A stretch of 48,877 bases of DNA, filler included, from Stramenopiles sp. TOSAG23-2 (lineage: Eukaryota), in assembly GCA_900128395.1 (NCBI GenBank). It is 2 parts of 2 records of this genome, joined end to end, with 100 filler letters (N's around TTAATTAATTAA, not from the genome) between each part and the next. Parts side by side here need not be neighbours in the genome. Positions count along the whole stretch, not along the records: positions 1 to 24,408 come from LT649466.1; 1 more part is not named here. One strand, given 5' to 3'. This document shows positions 1 through 11,318 of this stretch, one piece after another. A model generated the notes under the pieces. That model worked only from the letters and a program-made list of their open reading frames with translations. It was not told the DNA's origin and made no database searches. Positions within the stretch are counted from its first letter, which is position 1. Each line of letters opens with the position of its first letter. The translations under genes were made by a program, and so were the position numbers.

Positions 1-519
1 AAAAAAGTGTGTGGAAGACAGATTTTGGATTTTGAACGATGTAAGGTTTTCGGCATGATTTTTGAGAACGGCAATATCTTAATCTGTCATATATTCAGTG
101 GAACCTCGTTCTGTAAAATGTATAATAGTGCCAGTGCTGGAGTGTGCCAGTGTGCCTGCCTGTGTGGTGTGCGTGTGCCTGTGCCTGGTGTGGAGGAGCT
201 GGAAAAAGCGCGTGTGTTGATAGGGCCAAAAATGTGCTACAGTACCTGGTATAAGGTTAATCATTGCTGAGTTGTTTTTTAAGGGAAGAAGTGCTGTACG
301 ACGGTGCAAAAAACCTTTCTTTCCGTGCCACGACGTTCCTTTAATATTATAAGTTATAATATATAGATATAAACGGATATGTGTAAAATGTGTCCAACTA
401 TATATATGATCATCTTGATCAATAAAGATAAACATATGACATATAAAAATAAAAGAGAGAGAGAGAGAGAGACGTGTAAAGAAAGCAAAAGAGACATATA
501 AAGAGAGAAAGAAAGAAAC

Positions 520-816
520 ATGAAGAAAAAACATCATTATCACATGTCTTCTTCCTCTAAATCAATATTTGATTCATCAACAACATCAACAACAAATGAT
601 AATGATCCATCAACATTAGATACAGATGAAAATGTTGCTGATTTAAGACTTTTATCAAAACGTATGGCAATTAATATTGAAAGACTTGATGATGAAATAA
701 ATCAAATTGTAAATAGGCATAAAAAATTTAAATTAAAAAAATTAAAAATGAAACGATATAAATATAAAAACAAACGTCCACAAACATCAGTTGCATCTGA
801 ACGGTTGAAATATTAA
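520..816 (+). CDS. Probable N-terminal part of the hypothetical gene continuing at 801-1970 (frameshifted)
   Basis: 98-aa ORF with coding-like composition, following a purine-rich leader. The downstream ORF frame is already open from 801 and overlaps its end. Confidence 0.45.
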   Translation: MKKKHHYHMSSSSKSIFDSSTTSTTNDNDPSTLDTDENVADLRLLSKRMAINIERLDDEINQIVNRHKKFKLKKLKMKRYKYKNKRPQTSVASERLKY

Positions 817-839
817 GAAAACGAGCATGGGTTGCAAGA

Positions 840-1970
840 ATGAATGTAAAAGCACGGCATCGTAAGGAAAGTTCTCAACTTATACGAAAATTTTGTTTAA
901 CTTTTGTTGGCCGACCAAAGTTTGTAGAATTGATTAAAAAATTTAAATACAAAGTTATCATATGTCAACGGTTTATTAAAGGTGTACATGATGTGAGGCA
1001 AAGTATGATAACTACTATCTCGAAATATTGGAGCAAATTAGAATCGGATGTGTTGGTTCAAATGGAACTTGAAGAAGTGCGACGTGAGCGCCAACGTGCT
1101 ATGAGAAAATTGAAAGCTCGCAGACGTACACAAGTAAGAAAGAAAAATGCAGTAATTAGCGAAAGAGAGATTCAAAAAGCAATGAGTGAAATGGCAATAA
1201 CGCTTGGCAATTCAAAGCAAGATCTCCAACGTGCTAAAAATCGTGAAAAAGCAAAGAAAAAGATTGAAAATTTAAATGATTTATTGGCTCAACGAACTGT
1301 TGTACATAAAAAACATGGGGGTGTAATAGCATTGAAAAATGCAAGTAGCAGTGCTGCAACGTTAAATTCACGTACTGTCCAAGGTCCATTTGAATTTGCA
1401 AAAAAAAAACGTGCCCATGATGCATTTATAAAACAACATTCACCATCTGTATACAGTCGTTTTGAACCGGCTCCATTATTATTGAGACGTACCATTATTG
1501 GCGAATGGTTGAAACAAAAACAAAGCGAATTTATAGAAGTGAAAGAAGCTTTATTGGAAGAACGTGAAAGAAAAAAATTGCATGTAACAGTGGAAGATGT
1601 TAAATCGATGATGAAAACGATATCAAATGGTGACGACGACGATGGTGATTATGATACGATAAAGAATATTAAAAACAGCAACAAAGATACGCCATTGATT
1701 TACGATAATATGATGGATAATCCTAGAAACGCTGATCAACCGATTGTATTTAATGTATATTCAAAATATATGAAGGATGATATGGAAAATTTGATTCGAG
1801 AGAGTATACGTAGAAATGAAGAAGAACGAACTAGATTTTTAACACTATTAAATTCAGATACTAGTGCTAACTTCAAACGTAGAAGGCATAAACGTATGAG
1901 TATAACTGCAGGAAAAATATTGAAAGCTAGATTTGGTGGATCATTGCATTATTATAATCATCTACGTTAA
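840..1970 (+). CDS. Hypothetical basic coiled-coil protein
   Basis: 376-aa ORF, K/R/E-rich and helical, with an IQ-like segment (KVIICQRFIKG). The frame is open upstream to 801 (TVEILRKRAWVAR). Confidence 0.7.
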   Translation: MNVKARHRKESSQLIRKFCLTFVGRPKFVELIKKFKYKVIICQRFIKGVHDVRQSMITTISKYWSKLESDVLVQMELEEVRRERQRAMRKLKARRRTQVRKKNAVISEREIQKAMSEMAITLGNSKQDLQRAKNREKAKKKIENLNDLLAQRTVVHKKHGGVIALKNASSSAATLNSRTVQGPFEFAKKKRAHDAFIKQHSPSVYSRFEPAPLLLRRTIIGEWLKQKQSEFIEVKEALLEERERKKLHVTVEDVKSMMKTISNGDDDDGDYDTIKNIKNSNKDTPLIYDNMMDNPRNADQPIVFNVYSKYMKDDMENLIRESIRRNEEERTRFLTLLNSDTSANFKRRRHKRMSITAGKILKARFGGSLHYYNHLR

Positions 1971-2426
1971 GAAAAAGAGAGAGGAGATAAAAAATAAAAA
2001 AAAAAAAGGGGGGGGGAAATTTTTTTTGAAAGAGTTTTGTACAAACGTACACTGTGTACCACACAGGTAATTCGAAATATTGAATATTAGTATGATTATA
2101 CACATACACACTCGACTGACACTGTACAGCACTGTACAAAAACAATAAAATATGATACATGCTTGTGTTCGTAATATTTATAATAAATATTTTTAATTTT
2201 AATAAAATTTAATAATACGATCGTATCTCTCTCTCAGCTCTCTCTCAGGTGTTCAGACGATATTTTTTTATTTTTTCCAAAAAATATTCTTCTTTTTTAT
2301 TTCATATATTTTTTTCATTTCTCACATAGACAAGGATAACATTTTTTTGTTTTTACACACATTTGTAATGTAATAAACACTTTAAAATAAAAATGTACAC
2401 CACTTTAATGAATACAACATGCATAT

Positions 2427-2986
2427 TTACGTAGATTGTTTTTTTGCTTCTTGTTTTATTTTTTGATTATATGCACTTTTATTTGTTTTGTACAATTCAT
2501 TAGCTGAAGAGTTTGCTGGGTCCTTGATATTTGGTGTATCAAGTAAATCTTGAATACCTATCAATATTTGTTTCACAGTAATTGTTGGTTGCCAACCCTG
2601 TGAAATGTATGAAGGTAGATTATGTTAGCGAGATGGTTTATTATACAGACGGGGTATTTTTTAATATAGAGTTAGTTACATACTTTTTGTGGGTCAATAA
2701 TAGATAAACAGATTTTACCACTTCCATAAACATTGGGGTGAAAAATAATTGGTGTAAATGCACATGTTGGGGGAGACGCTGGATATTCCTCGGTAAACGT
2801 TAACGTAACTTTGTATGTCCCACCTTCCCATGCTGTTCCAGCTTTACCAGGTACTCCACATTTCCATACTAATAAATTTGTACTACCGTCAGTATGTTTC
2901 GCAGCCCTTGCAAAAAAACCAAAAGGATGTTTTTTACGCCATGCTTTTCGTTCTTGTCTTAATCTTCCAATAGCAATGCCTGACAT
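2427..2986 (-). CDS. UBC9: SUMO-conjugating enzyme E2 (Ubc9); exons 2986-2684 and 2597-2427, 157 aa
   Basis: N-terminus [24 protein letters not shown] and catalytic [14 protein letters not shown]. Exon 2, read manually, gives [28 protein letters not shown]...KKQST*. Confidence 0.96.
2598..2683 (-). other. Spliceosomal intron in UBC9 (86 nt, phase 0, GTATGT...CAG)
   Basis: The donor follows the codons for DPQK and the acceptor CAG precedes GGT TGG (GW). Removal restores the conserved Ubc9 C-terminus. Confidence 0.93.
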
Positions 2987-2988
2987 GT

Positions 2989-2990
<2 letters not shown>

Positions 2991-3040
<50 letters not shown>
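2991..3040. repeat. Compound (AT)n/(ATGT)n microsatellite just upstream of the UBC9 start codon
   Basis: Directly visible in the sequence. Similar (AT)n runs lie just upstream of the starts at 9450, 20724 and 46603. Confidence 0.9.
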
Positions 3041-3707
3041 TATTTGATTAATCTCGTATCAGTGTTTTAATTGTATAACACGTTATCTGGTTTACAATGC
3101 TTTCTACTACTTTTTGTTTATAGTATATAATATGTTTTCTATTTTTCAAAAATACTAATCAAAAACATTAACAAATATATATAACTAACTATCATCTACT
3201 TTTGTATTATTATTCAATTGCATTTTAGTAATTTCCCGGTGTAAATCTTCTATTATAGAGCTATAGCTCTTCAGATTTCAGATTGTTTTTCGTTTTGATA
3301 GGTAAAAATAATACGTATTCTTTTGATGTACTGATCTGTCCTTGAAGAAATTATTAAAGGCCGATAGAATTGAAGTTGTTTGTTGAATCGGATTTTGAAA
3401 GCCTGGAAAGCCTATGTCCATAGTAATATTATCAAGAAAGTTCTGTTCTGTACAAGCCAGACCAACTGATCAGAAGTAATCAGTAAAATAGCACTAAATA
3501 CTACTATATTTATATTAAAACATTAACCCATCCCACATGCAACCCTTTCTAGGAAGATAGATAGATATATATAGAGATGCAGATAGACAGATTGCAAACG
3601 TATATAGAATAACAACGAATTTATGTGCATATATTGTTCTACATAAATAATTATAATTATTAAAAAGTAGATACATACATATAATAGTATATTATAGCCA
3701 AAAAAAT

Positions 3708-5420
3708 ATGACAACTTGTGATGCTTGTAAAACATTTTTAATTTCTCCAAAAACTTGTAGTAGATGCAAGCTCGCACATTATTGCAATAGCCATTGTCAA
3801 AAACAACATTGGAAAAGTGGCCATAACAAAAGTTGTAAGCCATACAATGACGCAAATTTGTCATCTAACTGTATTAAAGCGAATGGTATAAATTTACGAC
3901 AAATAGGTAAAGAAGTTTGTTGCGATGGTCATTGTATTATTGAGTCTACCAAGTTGAATTTACCGACTACACATTCTGACATATTAAATTCTGTTTTAGC
4001 TGAATCTGATATATGGCAACAAGTCGGGAGCGGTTCTATGTATGGCAAAATACAAACAAATCTCGATACAAAATACAAGAGTGTCGGCTTGTTGCATCAA
4101 AAAATAAAACAATTTGCAAATGAACTTCAAAAGACGCACTCATTGTTAAATGATATGTTATACGAATCTACTAGCACAATAGGAATTATGATAGACGATA
4201 CAGGATTCGTATCACAGGAACATGTAGTTGAATTACGTAAACCAAAAGGCGCACGGATATGTATATTGTATCCTACATATGCATGCCAAACAAGCGCATC
4301 GATATCGCATTTTAAAGACACTTATCCTGTTTCATTGAAGGAGAAATCAATGCTTGTTGTTTATAATTGCGATGCATCCAGTAGAACGAAAATTAAAATA
4401 AAATTGAAAAAAAAAGAGGATGGTAATGTTAACAAAAAAAAAAGAGTATGGATAGGATTATTTCAATTTTTCTATTCTGAGGAAAATACTGACGTTAATA
4501 TTAAGAATCGGATACATAAAGCAATAGAGTCTTATTATCCAACTACTACGTGTTATTTAGATAATAATATAAAACATAGTAAACAAGATCCAGGAAATAA
4601 TCTTCAACCTTCCACTTTCATAAATGCTACTAGTTATGCTTATTATGATGATGAATTTATAGAAAAACAAGAAATTATATACAACCAAATATGTAAAGAT
4701 TTTACTACACAAATTGGTTTTCAAGCAAGTCATAATTCGCGAAAAATTGCATTACCATTGTCTTCAGTCAAAGTAGATGAGGGAGAAAAAGAGGAAGAAG
4801 CGGAACAGCAACAAGGGTCCTCTTTGAAATACGGTGAAATTTTTTATCGTCCTTTAGCAATTGCTATCCAGAAAATCCAAAATAGATTTAATGGTCTACA
4901 GAATCCAGGAGACGATATTTTTGTGGATTTGGGAAGTGGCACTGGAAAGCCATGTATTGCTGCTGCTCTAATTTATCCATTTAAAAAAGTAATTGGTATT
5001 GAAGTATTGGAAGATTTGTTCAAGTTAAGCATGAAATTGAAAATGAAATATGAGACATATTTTAAACAAGAAACGGAAACGACAGATATTCTGAAATACA
5101 AAGGTTCAAATTTAACGCAAGTTGAGTATATATGTGATGATATTACGAAAACAACTTATTGGTATAATGCTAATGTTGTTTTCTGTAACTCATTAGCATT
5201 TGATCAAGAATTATGTAACAAAGTTGCTGATATGGCAATTAATTTAAAACCAGGGGCATTTTTTATCTCTTCTGGCAATATCAATAATCCAAAATACGGT
5301 AACAACACTACAAAGTTTGAACAATATTTTACCAATTTAGATTATAAAGCCATGCGTTACAGCTGGGGTTTAAGCAGTGTCTACATTCATCGTCGCAATC
5401 ACCAGGAAGTAAATGTCTAA
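3708..5420 (+). CDS. MYND zinc finger + DOT1-like class I SAM-dependent methyltransferase
   Basis: MYND: CDAC...CSRCKLAHYCNSHCQKQHWKSGHNKSC. Methyltransferase: LKYGEI, FVDLGSGTGK, VIGIE, NVVFCNS, LKPGAFFIS, YSWG. Confidence 0.85.
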   Translation: MTTCDACKTFLISPKTCSRCKLAHYCNSHCQKQHWKSGHNKSCKPYNDANLSSNCIKANGINLRQIGKEVCCDGHCIIESTKLNLPTTHSDILNSVLAESDIWQQVGSGSMYGKIQTNLDTKYKSVGLLHQKIKQFANELQKTHSLLNDMLYESTSTIGIMIDDTGFVSQEHVVELRKPKGARICILYPTYACQTSASISHFKDTYPVSLKEKSMLVVYNCDASSRTKIKIKLKKKEDGNVNKKKRVWIGLFQFFYSEENTDVNIKNRIHKAIESYYPTTTCYLDNNIKHSKQDPGNNLQPSTFINATSYAYYDDEFIEKQEIIYNQICKDFTTQIGFQASHNSRKIALPLSSVKVDEGEKEEEAEQQQGSSLKYGEIFYRPLAIAIQKIQNRFNGLQNPGDDIFVDLGSGTGKPCIAAALIYPFKKVIGIEVLEDLFKLSMKLKMKYETYFKQETETTDILKYKGSNLTQVEYICDDITKTTYWYNANVVFCNSLAFDQELCNKVADMAINLKPGAFFISSGNINNPKYGNNTTKFEQYFTNLDYKAMRYSWGLSSVYIHRRNHQEVNV

Positions 5421-5772
5421 GATTTTAGAGTTTTTTTTAGTAAAAAATATTTGATATGATACATGAGATATTAATAAAAACTACAAGGGGTATTTAATGA
5501 TGTGCAAGTAAAAAAAATGCAAAAACTTATTGTGGGTGGTGCGTGTAAAAAAATCAAAAATAATTCTACCACTTGGGTGTATTTGACCGTCTGTAATATT
5601 ATATATATATATATTTACGTGTGTTCGTACCGAACGGCTCGCTTGTACGCGTATTTTATTAATATGTGTGTGTACGAGAAGTATAAAAATATAAAACTAC
5701 GGTGTTTCGTAAAAAAAAAAATATGATGTGTGCGTGTACAAAATAATTTATAATAAAAAATATTTTTAGTAT

Positions 5773-8700
5773 TTAAAAATTGTTACCTCCACTACCACCA
5801 CCACTACCACCTTTCTTTTTAAAAGTACCTTTTCTGTTCTTGTTTTGTTTAGTACCATTATATGAAGATGATGTATTTTTTTTCTTCTTCCAACCACCAT
5901 TATTACCACGGTTGTTATAATTGTTATTTTTACCACCACGATTATTGTAATTGTTATTATTGTTCCGATTTCTATAATGATCATTTCCTCTTCTATTATA
6001 AGCACTTTGTTGAGGTAATATGTCACCACATGATCGATGCCCATCATTTAGAACGTTAATAATTGTTTCTACACCATCGTTAATTAATTTATTTTTTACA
6101 GCATTGTTATTATTATTCGTTAAAACTATATTCTCCAATGCCGTATGTATCAATCCACGCAACACCTCAACTGGATATATAAGCGTCTTATCAATTTTAA
6201 ACTTCACGCCTTCATCTATATAAATTACACCATATTTAATAGATTCATTATCTTCTGCATCGTCAGCTTCTTCCTCCACTTTATCCTCCTCTTCTTCTTC
6301 CCCATTACCTTCATAGGGAGAACCTGTACAGAACAAAATAGATACAGGTGAAAGAACAGTTGCATCTCGCACCAATTCAGAACGATCACCTTTCAACATC
6401 TCCCCGAAACAAATCCAGGTAAATGAATTTGCATTTGTTTCTCTCAAGGCACCACCGGTTAGATTTGTGACGGAACTCTTTTGGACTCTACATTTACGAT
6501 TTCCACGGCCTTGAAAATTTTTATGCGTAGGATGGCGGCGCAATAAATTTGGATATAAACCAAATGCTAAAATAGTTTTTAAAACATCCGTATTCATTGC
6601 ATGTCGATTAGCATGTGCCCATGCTTCTGGTGTAGATTTCAACAATTTCAATTGCTTAAATTGGTCAATAACTTGCCGCTTCATCCCATGGATCATTCTC
6701 ATCGTTGAATGTGATAAGTAGTTTCGACGGCAATATCCAAATATACCACTTTCACCACTTTTTGTCAGGACATCTTGGTAGCCTTTCAATGCAAATATAT
6801 TTGCAATATGATCGCTGTTCGAGTTGCAAGATAAGCGCAATTTAGCATTGTCACAATCAACTTTGGCTTTATTATCTAATGGTATCATGAATGGATCACG
6901 ATATCCCAATGAACAAGAAATGGAAACTATATGTTCAAAACAACCAAATGGTATTGCCATTATAGCCATCCGACCAAGACGTGGTTCCAGTGGAATTTTA
7001 CCTAAATAATATCCTAACATGGTTAATTTTTCATGCTCATCCAATGCACCAATCCGCTTTAATGATATAATAGCATCACGAACCGCAATTTCTTGTGGTT
7101 GATCCGGCGCGTTGGCTAGAAATTCCTTAATTGACATTGTATCACCGCAAAGCAATTTAATTTGTAAACACAATTCCTCTAATGGAGTCCTCAATAGCTC
7201 TGGAACTTGAAATTTACTTAATGCTTTAAATCTACTTTTCGACATTAATGTGTAACATTTACCAGGTTGCACCCTTCCCGCACGCCCTTTCCGTTGCATT
7301 GCACTTGCATTAGAAACAAACGCAGTCGTCAAACTTGACATTTGTGTATATGGATCATATAATTTTTCCTTCACTTTTCCACCATCAATTACTACGACAA
7401 TGTCATCAATAGTAATACTCGTTTCTGCTATATTCGTTGCAAGTACAATTTTACGAACATTTGGCGGTACTGTTTTAAATACTAAGCGTTGCGATGCTGG
7501 TGCTATCCCGCCATGTAACGGAAGAACACGAAAACGATTTTCATTTCCAAAGTCTTGATGAACCTTCAAAATTTCCAGTAATTGTGAGATATCACTCCAA
7601 CCAGATAAAAAAACTAAAATACCACCAAGACATGCCTTTCCATTTCGATTTATCGATAATGATGAAACGTAATCATGCCCTCCACGTTCCTTATCATGTG
7701 CTTCTAGACAGATATACTCCAATAACGATAGCAATAATGTTATGTCAACAACACTTTCATCTGAACTTTGTATATATTCATCCATTGCCTCTTCAATTGG
7801 TCTACCACCACTGTTACTACCACCGTTTCCCATAATATTTTTATCTATTTTTGATACGGCAAGTCTCGCTGCTGCAAGTTCTTCATCTGAATCTAATTCT
7901 TCATCTTCATTCATATTTAAATTTAATAAATTTGCTAATTGATCTGCCTCATCATCCTCGTCGCCATTGTTATTATTTTCATCGTTTTCATCCCATGCAT
8001 CGATTGCATCTAATGCTGATAAAACATCTAAATCCATAGTTGTATTACTATTGTTCTCATTGCCATTTATATCTAAATTTATGTCCAACAAATTCAACTT
8101 TTCATTATTTTCTTCCGGTGACGTTGTATTATTATTATTATTATCATCGTCGTCGTCGTCGTCGTTTCTAGCAACTTTTTCTTCCTCGTATTTTATAGGT
8201 CCCATAAATTTAGTTTGTATTAAAATATCTTCTAATAAATAATGATCAACTGAAAATGTTCGTCCTTCAATTTCAATGCTTGGACAATTGTTAAAATATT
8301 TTTGAAACAAACCTCTTTCCAATGTAGCACTCATCAATATAACTCGCAAATCTTTTCTCGTTTTCAATATTTCCCGTAAGATGACTAGCAAAAAATCACT
8401 GAAATGACTGCGTTCATGAACTTCATCCACTACTACGTGGGTAACTCCATCTAACAATGGATTTGTATTTAATTTACGCAACAATACTCCCGTAGTACAA
8501 TATAATAATTCCGTTTCAATCGATTTGCGAGATTCCAACCTGACGCTGTAACCAACAGTTTGCCCAACTTTTTCACCACGCTCCGCAGCAACACGTTCGG
8601 CGAGACCCATAGCACTTATTCGCCGTGGTTGAGAGACTAAAATATTGCATGGTAAACCAGCTTCAATGCTTTCCAAAATGAATTGGGGAACTTGAGTAGA

Positions 8701-9450
8701 TTTACCACATCCAGTTTCACCAGATAAAACAACTACTTGATTTTCTTTGATTAAATTAGAAATTTCATCTCTCAAAGCCCATGCAGGTAATGTTGAGCGC
8801 ACATGGAACAAAGGTGTTTTTGTCGGATCCAATGGCTTATGTTTGTTCTTTGTGGAAGATGAATCGAAATTAGTAAAAACTCGTTTTTTATGTTTATATA
8901 AACTCCCACCGGGATTTGTCAATGTATTTTTTAAATATTCTTCACTTGTTTCAACATTGGTTTTCATAAATTTATCTATCGTCTTCATATTTGAAGCTTT
9001 AAACTTTAGTTTTTGAATAACAGATAACGATTTGTTATCCTTTCGTTTTGTTTTTCGTACAGTTAAATAGCGCGATTCCCCCTTTCCATACGATTTGGAT
9101 ATTAATCCGAGTTGACCTGCCAATGCATGGACATACCTCCTTTCATGATTTGTCAATGTATTACCAAAAATTATTTCATCTCCATTATCATTTTCACGGA
9201 ACTTCTCCAATTGCTCTTTTCGCTTAATACGAAATTCTTCCGATACACCTTCAAACACTGCTAAATTACGCTTGTTGTTGTTGTTCTTGTTGTTGTTGTT
9301 GTTATTATTATTATAATTATTGTAATTATTGGAATTGTTCCTACCACCACCCCTTCCACCTCTTGATCCACCACGTCCTCGACCCCTACCCCGTCCACGA
9401 CTACGGCCGCGTCCACGTCCACGTTTTCCACCTCGATTTCTTGATTTCAT
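5773..9450 (-). CDS. DEAH/RHA RNA helicase with R3H domain and RGG tails (YTHDC2-like family)
   Basis: R3H (ERRYVHALAGQLGLISKSYG), GETGCGKST, SQPRRISA, DEVH, SAT, TNIAETSITI, QRKGRAGR, and HA2/OB-like C-terminus. Confidence 0.92.
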   Translation of the reverse strand: MKSRNRGGKRGRGRGRSRGRGRGRGRGGSRGGRGGGRNNSNNYNNYNNNNNNNNKNNNNKRNLAVFEGVSEEFRIKRKEQLEKFRENDNGDEIIFGNTLTNHERRYVHALAGQLGLISKSYGKGESRYLTVRKTKRKDNKSLSVIQKLKFKASNMKTIDKFMKTNVETSEEYLKNTLTNPGGSLYKHKKRVFTNFDSSSTKNKHKPLDPTKTPLFHVRSTLPAWALRDEISNLIKENQVVVLSGETGCGKSTQVPQFILESIEAGLPCNILVSQPRRISAMGLAERVAAERGEKVGQTVGYSVRLESRKSIETELLYCTTGVLLRKLNTNPLLDGVTHVVVDEVHERSHFSDFLLVILREILKTRKDLRVILMSATLERGLFQKYFNNCPSIEIEGRTFSVDHYLLEDILIQTKFMGPIKYEEEKVARNDDDDDDDNNNNNTTSPEENNEKLNLLDINLDINGNENNSNTTMDLDVLSALDAIDAWDENDENNNNGDEDDEADQLANLLNLNMNEDEELDSDEELAAARLAVSKIDKNIMGNGGSNSGGRPIEEAMDEYIQSSDESVVDITLLLSLLEYICLEAHDKERGGHDYVSSLSINRNGKACLGGILVFLSGWSDISQLLEILKVHQDFGNENRFRVLPLHGGIAPASQRLVFKTVPPNVRKIVLATNIAETSITIDDIVVVIDGGKVKEKLYDPYTQMSSLTTAFVSNASAMQRKGRAGRVQPGKCYTLMSKSRFKALSKFQVPELLRTPLEELCLQIKLLCGDTMSIKEFLANAPDQPQEIAVRDAIISLKRIGALDEHEKLTMLGYYLGKIPLEPRLGRMAIMAIPFGCFEHIVSISCSLGYRDPFMIPLDNKAKVDCDNAKLRLSCNSNSDHIANIFALKGYQDVLTKSGESGIFGYCRRNYLSHSTMRMIHGMKRQVIDQFKQLKLLKSTPEAWAHANRHAMNTDVLKTILAFGLYPNLLRRHPTHKNFQGRGNRKCRVQKSSVTNLTGGALRETNANSFTWICFGEMLKGDRSELVRDATVLSPVSILFCTGSPYEGNGEEEEEDKVEEEADDAEDNESIKYGVIYIDEGVKFKIDKTLIYPVEVLRGLIHTALENIVLTNNNNNAVKNKLINDGVETIINVLNDGHRSCGDILPQQSAYNRRGNDHYRNRNNNNNYNNRGGKNNNYNNRGNNGGWKKKKNTSSSYNGTKQNKNRKGTFKKKGGSGGGSGGNNF

Positions 9451-9846
9451 ATTTCTTTATATATATATATGACAATGTGTATATATATATATATGTATAT
9501 CTAACTATGTACTTATATTGTTTTCATATGTTCTATATGATCCTGTATATATATATATATATCCTTCATATGAATTGCACAATAATTATTAATGATAATA
9601 ATAATGAATAATAATGTAAATGTGTGTGCTATTCGATGTGACGTGTCATTTTTCAAAAAATAATCAGCATCATCATGAGGTCATAAAATGTTGTAATATA
9701 GTAACAAGTACAAATGGCTATTTATAAATTTTAATTTTTATACTAATAATTTAAATTATAAAAAAAAATATAATAATTTCAATAATATATGTATATATTA
9801 CACCAAAATCTCAATCGAATATATATATATACGATAATATATCATC

Positions 9847-11082
9847 TTATCTCCTAACTGTACTTTTCATGTCTGGATATTGCTTTACAATGGTCTCAAC
9901 ACATGTATGTAATGTAGTGCAAATATTACTAATTTTGCTATCCCATGTTTGAATTGCTATGTTTTTACGATTACCACCTTGTTTATTATCACTATTACTA
10001 TTATCTTTGCTAAAATATAATAGACCATCAATTTGATCAATCATGCCACTTAAACGATTTTCACTTATCATATTTGCTGCAATTATTTCCGCTTTCTCCT
10101 CATCAATACCTAATAAACCTCCTAATTCTTTAAATGTAATATTATTGTATAATTTTGCACATGCTAACATATTATGTTCCGTAACAGCTTTTTCTAAAAC
10201 AGTTGAACCATCTGCTAATAATGCTTGTTGATGAGGCATCAATGATTTATCAAACGTAGCAATATCTTGTCTTCGTAATATACGTTGTTTATACATGCTT
10301 TCCAATACACGAAAATGTTTTGATTGATGTGTTCTTGCATCTTTAAAAAGCGCACCTAACATACGACTACGCTGTGGACCCGCTTTTGCCAAAATAGCAC
10401 ATACAATTGCTTTATTGATTAATTGTAATAAATCATCGTTTTCAATTAACGAGCCGACTTCCGTAGAAATCGTATAAAAACGTCTTGCAGCTTCAAGAAA
10501 CATACGTTTTGCATCTAATATACGTCCAAAAGATACTTGAAATCTCATTTTTTGTTGTAAATCTTGTAAAGCATGAACGAGCGGCGATGCTTTTTTGATA
10601 AAGGTTTCAGCAGTCACAGTATCATCCGCTTGTAAATATAATTCCGCAATTTTTATATACATACTAGCTTTTTTCTCTGGTGCTACGTTACGTGCGCCTG
10701 TATCTAAATTGATTGTTCCCAATACTCGCGCTGCTTCGCAATAGTCCTCTTCATTAATTAAAATATCTGATAAGTGTACTTTTACTGTTTCATCTGCTAC
10801 ATCAAACGATGCAATGCGTGGTTCGATCTTTGCTATTGCATATTGACATAATGCACGAAGTGGCTCATCTTTTAATTTTCCAATTTCAGCACATAAATAT
10901 TCCATTGCAGGACGTGATAAAACAGGCTGCACATTTTCTTGCATCAAATGGTCGATTAAATGTTGAATTTGGTCTGGAACATCTTTATTAATACATTCAT
11001 TCACAAGTTCTTTATATGCAACTAAACGATCTTGCGTTGAAGATATTTGCGTGACTTTTTCTAATGATTTCGATAGATCCAT
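9847..11082 (-). CDS. CSN4: COP9 signalosome subunit 4
   Basis: [52 protein letters not shown] domain, WDSKISNIC. Confidence 0.95.
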   Translation of the reverse strand: MDLSKSLEKVTQISSTQDRLVAYKELVNECINKDVPDQIQHLIDHLMQENVQPVLSRPAMEYLCAEIGKLKDEPLRALCQYAIAKIEPRIASFDVADETVKVHLSDILINEEDYCEAARVLGTINLDTGARNVAPEKKASMYIKIAELYLQADDTVTAETFIKKASPLVHALQDLQQKMRFQVSFGRILDAKRMFLEAARRFYTISTEVGSLIENDDLLQLINKAIVCAILAKAGPQRSRMLGALFKDARTHQSKHFRVLESMYKQRILRRQDIATFDKSLMPHQQALLADGSTVLEKAVTEHNMLACAKLYNNITFKELGGLLGIDEEKAEIIAANMISENRLSGMIDQIDGLLYFSKDNSNSDNKQGGNRKNIAIQTWDSKISNICTTLHTCVETIVKQYPDMKSTVRR

Positions 11083-11318
11083 TGTATTTTTATTTCTACG
11101 AACCGGAAAATGTTTGTTTTGCTTATTTTCGTGATCTCAAACAAGAAGAACATGTGACCGAGAAGTTCTATCTATATGATTTAGCCACTTTGACTAAAAA
11201 CACGACGAAGATTTATTTTGTTAGACGATTCTGTCGTCTCACTCATTCATTTTTTTTTACTACAGCAGGTACTTTTTTTCTGACGCTTACGACGCAGACG
11301 ACTGTATATAACATGGTT

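Noticed and set aside
7-543. ORFs 7-270 (+) and 79-543 (-)
   Set aside because: Arise from GT-rich and (GA)n low-complexity upstream DNA; no protein-like features.
804-817. 14-nt GT-AG micro-intron (GTTGAAATATTAAG) that would repair the frame break
   Set aside because: Shorter than known spliceosomal introns, weak donor, and the only verified intron here is 86 nt.
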